From a virus, in the IMG/VR virus record IMGVR_UViG_3300048996_000163, positions 68,718-132,717 of that record: a stretch of 64,000 bases of DNA. One strand, written 5' to 3'. The notes below the pieces were generated by a model. The model saw only the letters and a list, made by a program, of their open reading frames with translations, made no database searches and was not told where the DNA came from. Positions within the stretch are counted from its first letter, which is position 1. The number at the start of each line of letters is the position of its first letter. Both the position numbers and the translations under genes were made by a program. Below, piece by piece: positions 10,179 through 18,425 of this stretch.

Positions 10179-11036
10179 ATGACTGAGCGCCAGAGGGAGT
10201 GGCTCACGAGGCCAGGCGGTGTCGCTGAACGGCTGGGCGAACTGCGAGCCGCAGCCGGCCTGGACGGGAAGGGACTCGCCGAGAAGCTCGGATGGACCAC
10301 GTCGAAGGTTTCCCGAGTCCAGACCGGCGCCACCCGACCGTCGCCGGCTGATCTCGTGGCGTGGGCGGCGGCAACAGGTGCCAGTCAGGAAGCGACGCAG
10401 GAGCTGCTCGCGCTGCTCGACGAGGTCGAGCGGGCCCGCAGGGAGTTCGGGCTCAAGATGGGCCGCGGCCAGACTGCCGTCCAGGCGGCACACAACGACT
10501 GGACGGCAAGGTCCACGCTGATCCGCTACTTCGACCACTACTTCATCCCGGGGTGGTTCCAAACCCGTGAGTACGCTCACCGAGTGCTGTCCGAGATGAT
10601 CCCGCTGCACCAGCTGCAGATTGACGACGTTGACGCAGCCGTTGCCAAGCGCCTCCAGCGGCAGCACATGCTGTACGACACCGACAAGCAGTTCGAGATC
10701 ATCATTACGGAGTGGGTCCTGCGGGCGGTCATCATCGAGCCCGCAGCAATGCGGGCGCAACTGGACCGCCTCCAGACGGCCGTCGACCTGCCGAACGTCC
10801 GGTTCGGCATCATTCCGCAAGGCGTCCTGCTGCGCACGATCACCCCGCAGAACTCGTTCCAGACCTACGACGACCTGCCGGTCATTGAAGGGTTCCACGG
10901 TGAAGAGGAACTCGACGACAACCCGCGTGCGGCGGCCCAGTATGCGCGGGTGATGGAGATGCTGTGGGAGGAGGCGGCAGTCGGGCCGGATGCCCGGCGG
11001 CTCATCATCGCGGCAGCCGACGCCCTTCCTTCGTAA
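10179..11036 (+). CDS. XRE HTH + DUF5753 regulator (Scr1-type)
   Basis: N-terminal XRE HTH (LAEKLGWTTSKVSRVQTG), IPGWFQTREYA, RLQRQ, GPDARRLI. Confidence 0.85.
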   Translation: MTERQREWLTRPGGVAERLGELRAAAGLDGKGLAEKLGWTTSKVSRVQTGATRPSPADLVAWAAATGASQEATQELLALLDEVERARREFGLKMGRGQTAVQAAHNDWTARSTLIRYFDHYFIPGWFQTREYAHRVLSEMIPLHQLQIDDVDAAVAKRLQRQHMLYDTDKQFEIIITEWVLRAVIIEPAAMRAQLDRLQTAVDLPNVRFGIIPQGVLLRTITPQNSFQTYDDLPVIEGFHGEEELDDNPRAAAQYARVMEMLWEEAAVGPDARRLIIAAADALPS

Positions 11037-11059
11037 CCAGGTCCGCCACATCGCACAGC

Positions 11060-11096
11060 ACCGCCCCGCCTCTTCGGAGACGGGGCGGTTTGCGTT
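11060..11096 (+). terminator. intrinsic terminator
   Basis: ACCGCCCCG...TTCG loop...CGGGGCGGT then TTGCGTT, between convergent genes. Confidence 0.65.
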
Positions 11097-11103
11097 CGTG
11101 GCG

Positions 11104-11397
11104 TCAGTCGTCGAGCGGGTGTTCCGCCAGCCACTCTGCTCGCGCCTCGGGACTACTCCCGTAGTAGATCGTCGGCGACCAGTCCTCACCGGGGATCTCA
11201 CGAGCGGACGCGTTGTCGAGCGTGTTGCGCAACTCTTCGATCGCGGCCAGCGCCTTCTGTGCGGCTTTCGCCTGCGGGGAGTCCTTCGGGTAACGGTTGC
11301 CCGTCAGGACCGCGGCGTCGAGGAGCGCGCGGCGGGCGTTCTGCAGGTCGGCGCCGAGCTCAACGTGCTCGCGACGGGTCGGGTGCTGCTTCGTCAT
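11104..11397 (-). CDS. hypothetical protein
   Basis: MTKQHPT..., GAAGGA SD. Confidence 0.6.
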   Translation of the reverse strand: MTKQHPTRREHVELGADLQNARRALLDAAVLTGNRYPKDSPQAKAAQKALAAIEELRNTLDNASAREIPGEDWSPTIYYGSSPEARAEWLAEHPLDD

Positions 11398-11484
11398 CCG
11401 GGCGTCCTTCCGGGTCGGGGTGGCGGCGAGCCTAACCGACATCGACCGACATTGGGCGCTTCTCGGCGTTCCGCGTTCGCCACG

Positions 11485-11955
11485 TCACACGGCAGCGCTT
11501 TGCCGCTCGAGCATCTCGGCGTGCGCCCGCCCCACGGCTTCCGCCGCATCGGCCAGCCTCGCGTCAGGCCAGCTACCGCGGCACTCCGGGCCAACCCCGT
11601 ACGTCCTGCTCGCCACATCGCTCAGCGACCGGCCGCAGATCACGCACGCACACTGCAGGGTCGCGAACCGTGCGGCGGCAGCGAGCGGGTCGGCCTTGAT
11701 CGCCTCATGGGCCCGGCGGTGCCACGGCGCCGAGACGTCCTCGATCCAGGCAAGGAGCCACTGCCGGCGTTCCTCGCCGCTCAAGCCTGCCGGGATGACG
11801 TGCTGGTGTCCCGGTCCGGGCTTGCGGTACAGCGCCGGTCCGTAGCGCGCTTTCGCCGGCCACGGCGCCAGCTGGCCGCTGTCGGCCCGGCGCCAGTAGG
11901 TGATCCGGGTGGGGTCGTCGGGGTCAGCGACGGCGAAGTAACGCGGTCCGGTCAT
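11485..11955 (-). CDS. DUF6011-like zinc-binding protein
   Basis: CVICGRSLSDVASRTYGVGPEC. Confidence 0.7.
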   Translation of the reverse strand: MTGPRYFAVADPDDPTRITYWRRADSGQLAPWPAKARYGPALYRKPGPGHQHVIPAGLSGEERRQWLLAWIEDVSAPWHRRAHEAIKADPLAAAARFATLQCACVICGRSLSDVASRTYGVGPECRGSWPDARLADAAEAVGRAHAEMLERQSAAV

Positions 11956-12008
11956 CGGCTACCTTCTGGCTCGTGCTGGTCGACGAGCGGCGAGGAATGG
12001 TGCGTCAG

Positions 12009-12140
12009 GTGTGTTCCATGATCCAAACTCACTGCTCAACCCCCCGCAGTGCGAGTGTGTGGTGTGTCCCTAAAGGACGGGACACACAGACACACCACTC
12101 GCGGGTATGTCTGAACACACCCGAACACACTCAGACACAC
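12009..12140. repeat. palindrome plus ACACAC iterons; candidate origin 1
   Basis: GTGTGTCCC-TAAAGGAC-GGGACACAC, outer GCGAGTG/CACTCGC, three 10-bp-phased ACACAC repeats at 12111-12140. Confidence 0.65.
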
Positions 12141-12147
12141 CGAGGTT

Positions 12148-13437
12148 TTAGGCCGCATCGGCGAGGACCTCCGTCAATGGAAGCGAGTGCAGACGACTGC
12201 GGTTCGGCCCCTCCCTGACGACGATCTCGCCGTTATCCTCGAGCTGGGCAAGCGCCTGCCGGATCTTCGTCGCACCGAACCCGACACGAGCGCTGATGTC
12301 GTTGAACGTCTGCGGCTTGTCCTTCGACGCGAGCGAGGCGAGGATCTGCTTCACGACCTTGCTCAGGTCGACGGGCTTGGGCTCTGCCTCTTCGACGCCG
12401 TCTTCCTGATCCTCAGCCCGCGGCGGCCAGAAGATGAGCGACTCCATCTCGCCGCTCGTGGCATCCCCGACCAGATCGCCGAGGTAGGTCATGCCCGGTG
12501 CGCCCTCGACCGGGTTGCCGTGCTGGCGCAACCCGCCGTTGCGGTCCTTCGACACCAGCACCTTCGACCGACCCTTCAGCCCGCGACCGAACGGGTCGAC
12601 CCGCTCCATCAGGAACTGGGCGCCGTTCAGGCCGGCGAGCTTGTGCTGAGCACCGATGGCGTAGGCGCCGCGGGCCTCCCGGTTCTTCACGACGTGGTCA
12701 GTCGCGAGCGTCGCCGCCCCGAGGGCCATCGCAGGCTTGATCAGTAGGCGCCGCCACTCCGCCGCAGCGTTCTGGTTCAGCGGGTCGAGACTCCACAGCT
12801 GCATGCCCTCGGTGACGCCGTCGTAGATGACGAGGTCCGCGGCATCGTTGTTGAATCGGAGCAGCTCCTCGAGCCATTCGATCCGGTGCGGGCCCTCGGG
12901 TCGGACGTAGCGGAACTGGTCCGCCTCGTCAGTGAGTCGCGCGGCGAGCAGCCCCATCGTCTTGAGCCGGCCGACGATGGTGCGCTCGTCATCTTCGAAG
13001 TCGACGTATAGAACTCGACGGCCGCGTTTGAGGAGGTCGATGACCTGCATCAGCGCGAACCACGTCTTGCCGCACTCGGGCTCGCTGGCGATCGAGTGTT
13101 CCTTGCCCCGGTAGAGCAGGGGCACGCCGTCGTGGCGCCGGCCGATCTCCGGAAGGACGACCGGCGCGGTTCCGTCGAGGACCGGCCTGAGGTCGACCGG
13201 CTTCCACCCGCCGCGCTCTTCGGCGTCGGTCGCATCGGTGAGAGGCTCGGCGGCGAGTCGTTCCTTCGCCTCCTGGTCCGCCTTCCGCCACGCGATGCGG
13301 TCTTTGACGAGCGCCTGGTGGTTGAGGTCCAGGGCGCGCTTCAGGTTTTCTTTCCCCTGCTCGGCGTACTGGCCTTCGAGAACGGCCCGCATGCCGGGGT
13401 CTTCGTCATCGTCGGGCGGGTCGGGTACCAGCTTCAT
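12148..13437 (-). CDS. AAA_25/RepA-like replicative ATPase with C-terminal wHTH
   Basis: SEPECGKT, VLYVDFEDD, VIYDGV, DHVVK, KDRNG. Confidence 0.8.
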   Translation of the reverse strand: MKLVPDPPDDDEDPGMRAVLEGQYAEQGKENLKRALDLNHQALVKDRIAWRKADQEAKERLAAEPLTDATDAEERGGWKPVDLRPVLDGTAPVVLPEIGRRHDGVPLLYRGKEHSIASEPECGKTWFALMQVIDLLKRGRRVLYVDFEDDERTIVGRLKTMGLLAARLTDEADQFRYVRPEGPHRIEWLEELLRFNNDAADLVIYDGVTEGMQLWSLDPLNQNAAAEWRRLLIKPAMALGAATLATDHVVKNREARGAYAIGAQHKLAGLNGAQFLMERVDPFGRGLKGRSKVLVSKDRNGGLRQHGNPVEGAPGMTYLGDLVGDATSGEMESLIFWPPRAEDQEDGVEEAEPKPVDLSKVVKQILASLASKDKPQTFNDISARVGFGATKIRQALAQLEDNGEIVVREGPNRSRLHSLPLTEVLADAA

Positions 13438-13505
13438 GTGGTGCCCCGCTCACCGCGAGGGGTCGTGCTCTTGGCGCGGCTCAACGTACGATCGACGTAG
13501 AGCAT
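13434..13505 (-). CDS. 23-aa leader peptide coupled to the ATPase
   Basis: GGAGG SD; MLYVDRTLSRAKSTTPRGERGTT; TGA overlaps ATPase ATG. Confidence 0.5.
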   Translation of the reverse strand: MLYVDRTLSRAKSTTPRGERGTT

Positions 13506-13578
13506 GGTCGGGGTACCTCCCGATCGAGGCCCGGCATTGCGGTGGGGCAACCGCGCCGGGCCTTCTGCTTGTCTGGGG

Positions 13579-13854
13579 TCAGGCTGCGTTCGCGAAGCGC
13601 GGCGCGGGGTCGGCGACGACCTGGACTTCGAAGAGGGTTTCGAACTTCTCGTCGAGCAGGTCCATGACGCTGGCGACGAGCGCGGTGTGCGGCTGGCGGC
13701 GGCCGTGCAGGTACCGGCTCATGTCGCCTTGGTCGACGTGGAGAGCGCGAGCGATCGCGATGTCGCTCTTGAGGCCGAGCTTTTCGTGGGCGATGCGCCG
13801 CACAGTTTCGCGGCGCATGACGACGCGCCTAGGGCGCCGAATCGGGGCAGGCAT
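13579..13854 (-). CDS. Cro-like XRE protein (leaderless)
   Basis: IARALHVDQGDMSRYLHGRRQP; TATGAT 7 nt before ATG. Confidence 0.75.
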   Translation of the reverse strand: MPAPIRRPRRVVMRRETVRRIAHEKLGLKSDIAIARALHVDQGDMSRYLHGRRQPHTALVASVMDLLDEKFETLFEVQVVADPAPRFANAA

Positions 13855-13940
13855 GCCATAGATCATACCGCACGCCATGGCACAAAAACCAACCCGAGCC
13901 ACTGCAGTGGGTCGTCTCGCCTTTGCCCTAAGGTTGGCAT

Positions 13941-14354
13941 GTGAGCCAAACCGAGGATCGGAACGTGCCAACCCAGTTCGGCATGTTCCTGCTCGCCGCG
14001 ATGAACGCCGCCGGGTACCCCTCGACCACGAACTTTGCCCGCGCTGCCGGCGTCGACCCTTCGGTCGTCTTCCGGTGGATCTACGGCAAGACGGCGCCCA
14101 CGACAAAGATCCTCGCCAAAGTCGCGCCCGTGCTGGGACTCACCGAGAGCGACCTCATCGCCCGCGCGTACTCCACTGGGACGTCGCTTGCCGAGAGCCC
14201 GCGTGTCATCCACCCGCTCGTCGCCGAACTGGCCCGCCTACTCGGCGACGACTCCCCCATCGGCACCGACGAGCGTCAGGTGCTCGAGACCCTCATCGAC
14301 CGGATCGTGCAGCCCTACCGCCGCCGGCCCGGCCGCGGACGCAAGACGGCCTAG
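13941..14354 (+). CDS. XRE-family repressor
   Basis: FARAAGVDPSVVFRWIYGKTAP; divergent from the Cro-like gene. Confidence 0.8.
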   Translation: MSQTEDRNVPTQFGMFLLAAMNAAGYPSTTNFARAAGVDPSVVFRWIYGKTAPTTKILAKVAPVLGLTESDLIARAYSTGTSLAESPRVIHPLVAELARLLGDDSPIGTDERQVLETLIDRIVQPYRRRPGRGRKTA

Positions 14355-14632
14355 CGCAACTCTTCCGGCACCTCGGACGCCGATGCGACGAACGTGAACT
14401 CGACGCCGCTTTTGCCGTGCCGGTACAACTGCAGGTCGAACGCCCACAGCTCGTTGAGGTTCTCGCCGGCGCGCCGGACCGCGTCGACGAGGAGCCCGGT
14501 GAGGACCCGGTCGATGGTGGCCCGCTGCTCGGGGTCTTCGAGGTCGAAGTGGCGGCTGAACGGGTCGAGGCCGCTGACGTCGCGCTGCCGGTGGCGGAGC
14601 CGGATGTCGTAGTGGACGAGCGCCACGGTCAC
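14351..14632 (-). CDS. hypothetical protein
   Basis: 93-aa ORF. Confidence 0.5.
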   Translation of the reverse strand: MTVALVHYDIRLRHRQRDVSGLDPFSRHFDLEDPEQRATIDRVLTGLLVDAVRRAGENLNELWAFDLQLYRHGKSGVEFTFVASASEVPEELR

Positions 14633-14766
14633 TCCCGGGGGGTCAAGTAGTCATGTTCGGGTGACCGTCAGGTTACCGGTCGTGGCGTGAGCTGCGCATT
14701 CCCCGGGACGCGCCGACCCGCCCGCCGGTGTCGGCGTGTCGGGCATCGACGGTTAAGGATCCGCTC

Positions 14767-15021
14767 ATGGCTGAGCACCGCGCTGTCACCGAGGCCCGCG
14801 CCGCGTACGCCCGCGGCGACCGGGTCCTGCAGGTCGGATTGACGCTCGTCGGCGGCACCATCCAGGACCGGAGGTCAACGACCACCGCCACAGCCGACGA
14901 CGTCAACGCCGTGTTGAACGAGATCGTCAACGTCGGCTGGGACCTGGTGACCGCGCACATGGACCGTCAGCCGCGGAACCCGGAGATCCTGATGGGGTTC
15001 TACCTGTTCCGGCGGCGCTGA
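14767..15021 (+). CDS. hypothetical protein (DUF4177-like)
   Basis: LNEIVNVGWDLV...YLFRRR; AAGGA SD. Confidence 0.6.
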   Translation: MAEHRAVTEARAAYARGDRVLQVGLTLVGGTIQDRRSTTTATADDVNAVLNEIVNVGWDLVTAHMDRQPRNPEILMGFYLFRRR

Positions 15022-15066
15022 ACGAAGAACACCCGCAGCCTGATTGCTGCAGGTGTCCGGTGAAGC

Positions 15067-15141
15067 CCCTGCCTAGCCGCGCCAGGCCCGACCATGCCTT
15101 GCCTGGCGATGCCATGCCAGACCGGACCCGACCGCGCCGTT
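15067..15141. repeat. 15-unit degenerate 5-bp periodic repeat (CCNNR)
   Basis: ccctg cctag ccgcg ccagg cccga ccatg ccttg cctgg cgatg ccatg ccaga ccgga cccga ccgcg ccgtt. Confidence 0.75.
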
Positions 15142-15218
15142 GCAGCGTAGCCCGAATCCCACCGGTGTAGTTCGCTTCGCCCTCTTGACCTGCGAGGACC
15201 CGCCACGATCATGGAAAT

Positions 15219-15443
15219 GTGACGGTTCTTCACGCTCCCGGCTGGCGCGTGGAAGAGACGTGGCTGGACCTGGACGGCCGCGGCGAACGCACCTGGTTCC
15301 GGGCCGTCGACCGGTACGGCGCGGAGCACTGGTGCACGACCGCGCAGCTGCAGGAACGTCTCCGCCGCGACGGCCTCGATGTCGGCGACTTGCGCCTCAC
15401 CGAGCCCGAGCGGCTCGTCGACAGTGATGACGGCTGCGAGTGA
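15219..15443 (+). CDS. hypothetical protein
   Basis: 74-aa acidic ORF. Confidence 0.55.
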   Translation: MTVLHAPGWRVEETWLDLDGRGERTWFRAVDRYGAEHWCTTAQLQERLRRDGLDVGDLRLTEPERLVDSDDGCE

Positions 15444-15494
15444 CACGCCGTCACTGATGGACCTCTCACCCGGACTGAAGGTACCGTCGTACGT

Positions 15495-15671
15495 ATGGCC
15501 GACCAGCAGCGCGACACCCAGGGTGACGTCGTCGACGAGCGCGGCGTGCTCATCACCGCCGCCGGCCGCAAGCGGATGCGGGCGAAGATGGACGAGGTCA
15601 TGAACCGTTGGACCCCCGAAGAGCGGGAACAGCGCCGCCTGGCCGCCCTCGCGCGTATCACCGCGGCGTGA
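15495..15671 (+). CDS. putative antitoxin (58 aa)
   Basis: Read by hand: MADQQRDTQG...WTPEEREQRR; GTGA-coupled to the PIN-like gene. Confidence 0.55.
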   Translation: MADQQRDTQGDVVDERGVLITAAGRKRMRAKMDEVMNRWTPEEREQRRLAALARITAA

Positions 15672-16051
15672 CCGAAGCGCAGTTCACGCTCGACACCACA
15701 GCGGTCCTCGCGTACGTCGCCGGGTCGCACGGCCTCGGTGAGCTCCTCGGTGAGGTCGCCGACGAGAAAGCCCGGTTCGCGGTGCCCGCCATCTGCCTCG
15801 TCGAGGCTGCGACGATGCTCGAGGATGTCGCCTGGCCGATGCTGGACCTGCTCGCCGGGCACCCGAACGCGGTGCTCGTGTCGCTGGACGGGACGCAGTG
15901 GCGGAGTCATGCCGCGTCGGCGCTCGTGTACGGCGGGGTCGGGTCGGGTGCGGCGGCGCTGCTTTTCGTGCAGGAACGCGTCTGGTATGTGGCGACCTGC
16001 GACCCGGCGATCTACGGGGATGGGATCGACACGGTCGCGATCGAGGACTGA
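15668..16051 (+). CDS. PIN-like (VapC-fold) protein
   Basis: FTLDTTAV, PAICLVEA, VATCDP. Confidence 0.6.
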   Translation: MTEAQFTLDTTAVLAYVAGSHGLGELLGEVADEKARFAVPAICLVEAATMLEDVAWPMLDLLAGHPNAVLVSLDGTQWRSHAASALVYGGVGSGAAALLFVQERVWYVATCDPAIYGDGIDTVAIED

Positions 16052-16341
16052 TCTCGCACTTCGGGCACCTCGACCCCGTCCACGTCGCCCCGGGCCAGCT
16101 GCCCGTACACCGCCTCAGACCACGCTCCGAGCGCCCGCCGATGCTCCTTGCACCCGTGGGTGCCCTCGTACCACAGGACGACAAGCAGTTCGTGCCGGGT
16201 GAGGTCGTAGTCGGCGCAGACCGCCGCCTCATCCCGTTCCGCGAGGTACAGGCCGGCGATCGCGTCGGTGGAGATGCCGCGCAGGTGCGGGCCGCCGAAG
16301 CGCATGCCCGGTTCTGTGCGGATGACGGGGCGGTTGGTCAC
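16012..16341 (-). CDS. DUF433 domain protein
   Basis: IRTEPGMRFGGPHLRGI...VCADYDLTR. Confidence 0.65.
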   Translation of the reverse strand: MTNRPVIRTEPGMRFGGPHLRGISTDAIAGLYLAERDEAAVCADYDLTRHELLVVLWYEGTHGCKEHRRALGAWSEAVYGQLARGDVDGVEVPEVRDQSSIATVSIPSP

Positions 16342-16354
16342 AGCTACCAGTGTC

Positions 16355-16873
16355 CTACCGCAGGGTGCCGCGCAGTTCGGCCGGCACGTGCTCCTTCGAG
16401 CAGTAGCCGATGCCACCCGCGACGAGAGTCATGGCCTCAACGCAGCCGCGGTGGGCGCACCGTTCGGTGGCCGGCGCTGGGTAGCTGATCGCGAGCCCCG
16501 GAACCTCCATGGCGACCCGCGCGACGACCGCCCGATGCCACGACGCCGGCCACGGCTGGTCGGGATGAGCCGCGTGGTATTCGTCGTCGTTGCGGTAGGT
16601 GAGAACCGTGGCGTCGACGGGCGCGGCGTTGAGCTTCTCGACGATGCCGTCGACGAACTCTGCGGTCCGCTGCTCGAGGTCTTCGAGTTCGAGGCGGACA
16701 CCGTCGGGGATCGGGTAGCGGCCTTGTTCCCAGCTGCGGACGGTGCGCGGGTTGATGCCGAGGTGTCCGGCGAGCCAGTCACCGGTCAGGCCGAGGTGTT
16801 CGCGGACGACGCGGAACTCGGCGTCGGTCATGCGTTCGTCGTCGGGCATGCCGGGCGGGTCGGTGTATTCCAT
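16355..16873 (-). CDS. DUF1870 (Aca2/YdiL-like) HTH protein
   Basis: MTDAEFRVVREHLGLTGDWLAGHLGINPRTVRSWEQGRYPIPDGV...WHRAVVARV. Confidence 0.75.
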   Translation of the reverse strand: MEYTDPPGMPDDERMTDAEFRVVREHLGLTGDWLAGHLGINPRTVRSWEQGRYPIPDGVRLELEDLEQRTAEFVDGIVEKLNAAPVDATVLTYRNDDEYHAAHPDQPWPASWHRAVVARVAMEVPGLAISYPAPATERCAHRGCVEAMTLVAGGIGYCSKEHVPAELRGTLR

Positions 16874-16931
16874 GGTGGGGCTCCGGAAACGGTGCGACCC
16901 CGGCACGTGGCCGGGGTCGTGGTGGGTGAGG

Positions 16932-17147
16932 TCAGTTGGCGTGGCGCTCGACGATGGTCCAGAACTCGTCGTCGCTGACGGTCTGCTCGAACCCGGCGGT
17001 GTTGAGGAGTTCCTGGCCTTTGTCGTTGGTGTCGACGCGGTACTCGAATGCGTCGACGAAGATAGCTTCGACGTTGTAGTCCGCGGGCTCGTCGAGGGCG
17101 GGGAGGACGGCCTGCTCGATGGCGTCTTCGCGGGTGGTGTAGCGCAT
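16932..17147 (-). CDS. small acidic protein, first gene of the DUF1870 operon
   Basis: 71 aa, 17 D/E vs 5 K/R; GAAGGA SD. Confidence 0.75.
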   Translation of the reverse strand: MRYTTREDAIEQAVLPALDEPADYNVEAIFVDAFEYRVDTNDKGQELLNTAGFEQTVSDDEFWTIVERHAN

Positions 17148-17199
17148 GTCCGGTTCCTTCCGGCTGAGTCTGGGGCCTGCTCCCCTGACCAACACCTGA

Positions 17200-17228
17200 A
17201 GACTAGCGCCCTAAATTAGGGTGCACAA
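17200..17228 (-). promoter_or_regulatory. sigmaA-type promoter with operator between -35 and -10
   Basis: TTGTGC-17 bp-TAGTCT; IR GCGCCCTAA-A-TTAGGGTGC at 17206-17224. Confidence 0.7.
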
Positions 17229-17233
17229 GGCTG

Positions 17234-17917
17234 TCACTCGGACGAGGTTGCTTCCCGCCGCCATTCCCGCTCCTCCCGCCGCCGCTGCGACTTCTTGCCC
17301 CGCGCCGTCGACGTGCAGTCCGGCCCGGCCGGCCCGTGGCAGTAAGGGCACCACTCCCGCTGGCACACGCCGAGCATCCGGGCCACGTCAGCCTGCCTCC
17401 ACCCGGTGCCCGCACTGCTCCTGCATCGGCGACCCGGCCCACTGCCGGTACAGCCACTCCCGGTCAAGCTTCCCGTTGACGTGCGTGGAGGACTTCATGC
17501 CCTCTTCCCATTCGCGCAGGAGCGGTTCAAGGACGCCCTGCCGGTCGAGGTACAGCAGCGCGCCGCACGGGGCGCAGCAGGACGGGCAGCAGCCCCAGAT
17601 GTCGTCGCCCTCATCGCGTGGCTGGAAGTCCGACGCGTACCAGACCTGCGACAGGGCGTGGTGGGCGAGCATCGCGTACGCCTCGACGCGCGACGTCGGC
17701 GACTGCGGCAGGGTGAGGGTCACGTCGTCTCCCCCGCCGCCGCCCGCACCGCCGCGATGAACTCCTCGACCTTGTCCGGCGGCAGGTATCCGTCGTACGG
17801 TCCGACGCTGATCGCGACCCACCCGTCGGGGGCGGACTCAACAGTGATCGTCTCGCGCTGCTCGCCGAGTGGCCAGCCGCCCTCAGGCTCGATCGGGTAC
17901 TGCCACAGCTCCGACAT
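17234..17917 (-). CDS. three small hypothetical ORFs (17234-17386, 17388-17723 Cys-rich, 17720-17917)
   Basis: Closely packed or overlapping ORFs with SDs. Confidence 0.5.
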
Positions 17918-18154
17918 CGCCGCCTCCATCAAGGACCGTCACACCCCATTGTCGCAGGCCACGGGGTTTCGGTCATTGACCGGTGGGGCGTTTCGGAAGT
18001 TGCTCATCAAGGAAACGTGCCTGTCTGTGCATCATTCGCACACGCCCCGCAACCACGGCCGCCGGGCGGGTACAGGCTTCGCGGGCCGGTGCGCACCGGG
18101 TGGCTTCCGCCGGGACCACCGCCTCCGCAGCACGGCAGGTGCGCGCCGGCCCAA

Positions 18155-18343
18155 CTACAGCGTGAAGCCTTTGCCAGGATCGTATTGCGCGCCGATGGTC
18201 GGGTCGTTCGCGTTGCCGGACTCGTTCTTCGCCGGCGTGACGAGCGTGTCGTCCGTCGACAGCAGGTCGTCGACTGAATGGTCGCTCGTGTCGACGTGCT
18301 CGATCTTCGGGAGGGGTTCCTTCGGGGCTTCATCGTCGGCCAT
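18155..18343 (-). CDS. small acidic peptide
   Basis: MADDEAPKEPLPKIEHVDTSDHSVDDLLSTDDTLV...; 62 aa. Confidence 0.5.
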   Translation of the reverse strand: MADDEAPKEPLPKIEHVDTSDHSVDDLLSTDDTLVTPAKNESGNANDPTIGAQYDPGKGFTL

Positions 18344-18425
18344 GCATCGACCATGCCACGCGCAACGCGGGGTGCACAGCACGAAGCCCGGCAGCCGTGT
18401 GACTGCCGGGCTCTTGTGTCTGACC

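Noticed and set aside
18083-18153. third Y RNA downstream of Ro
   Set aside because: Contains CCCGGTGCGCA, but only as part of a GC hairpin; lacks the UUGAUCUCGGG partner and the GGUUACUUC motif
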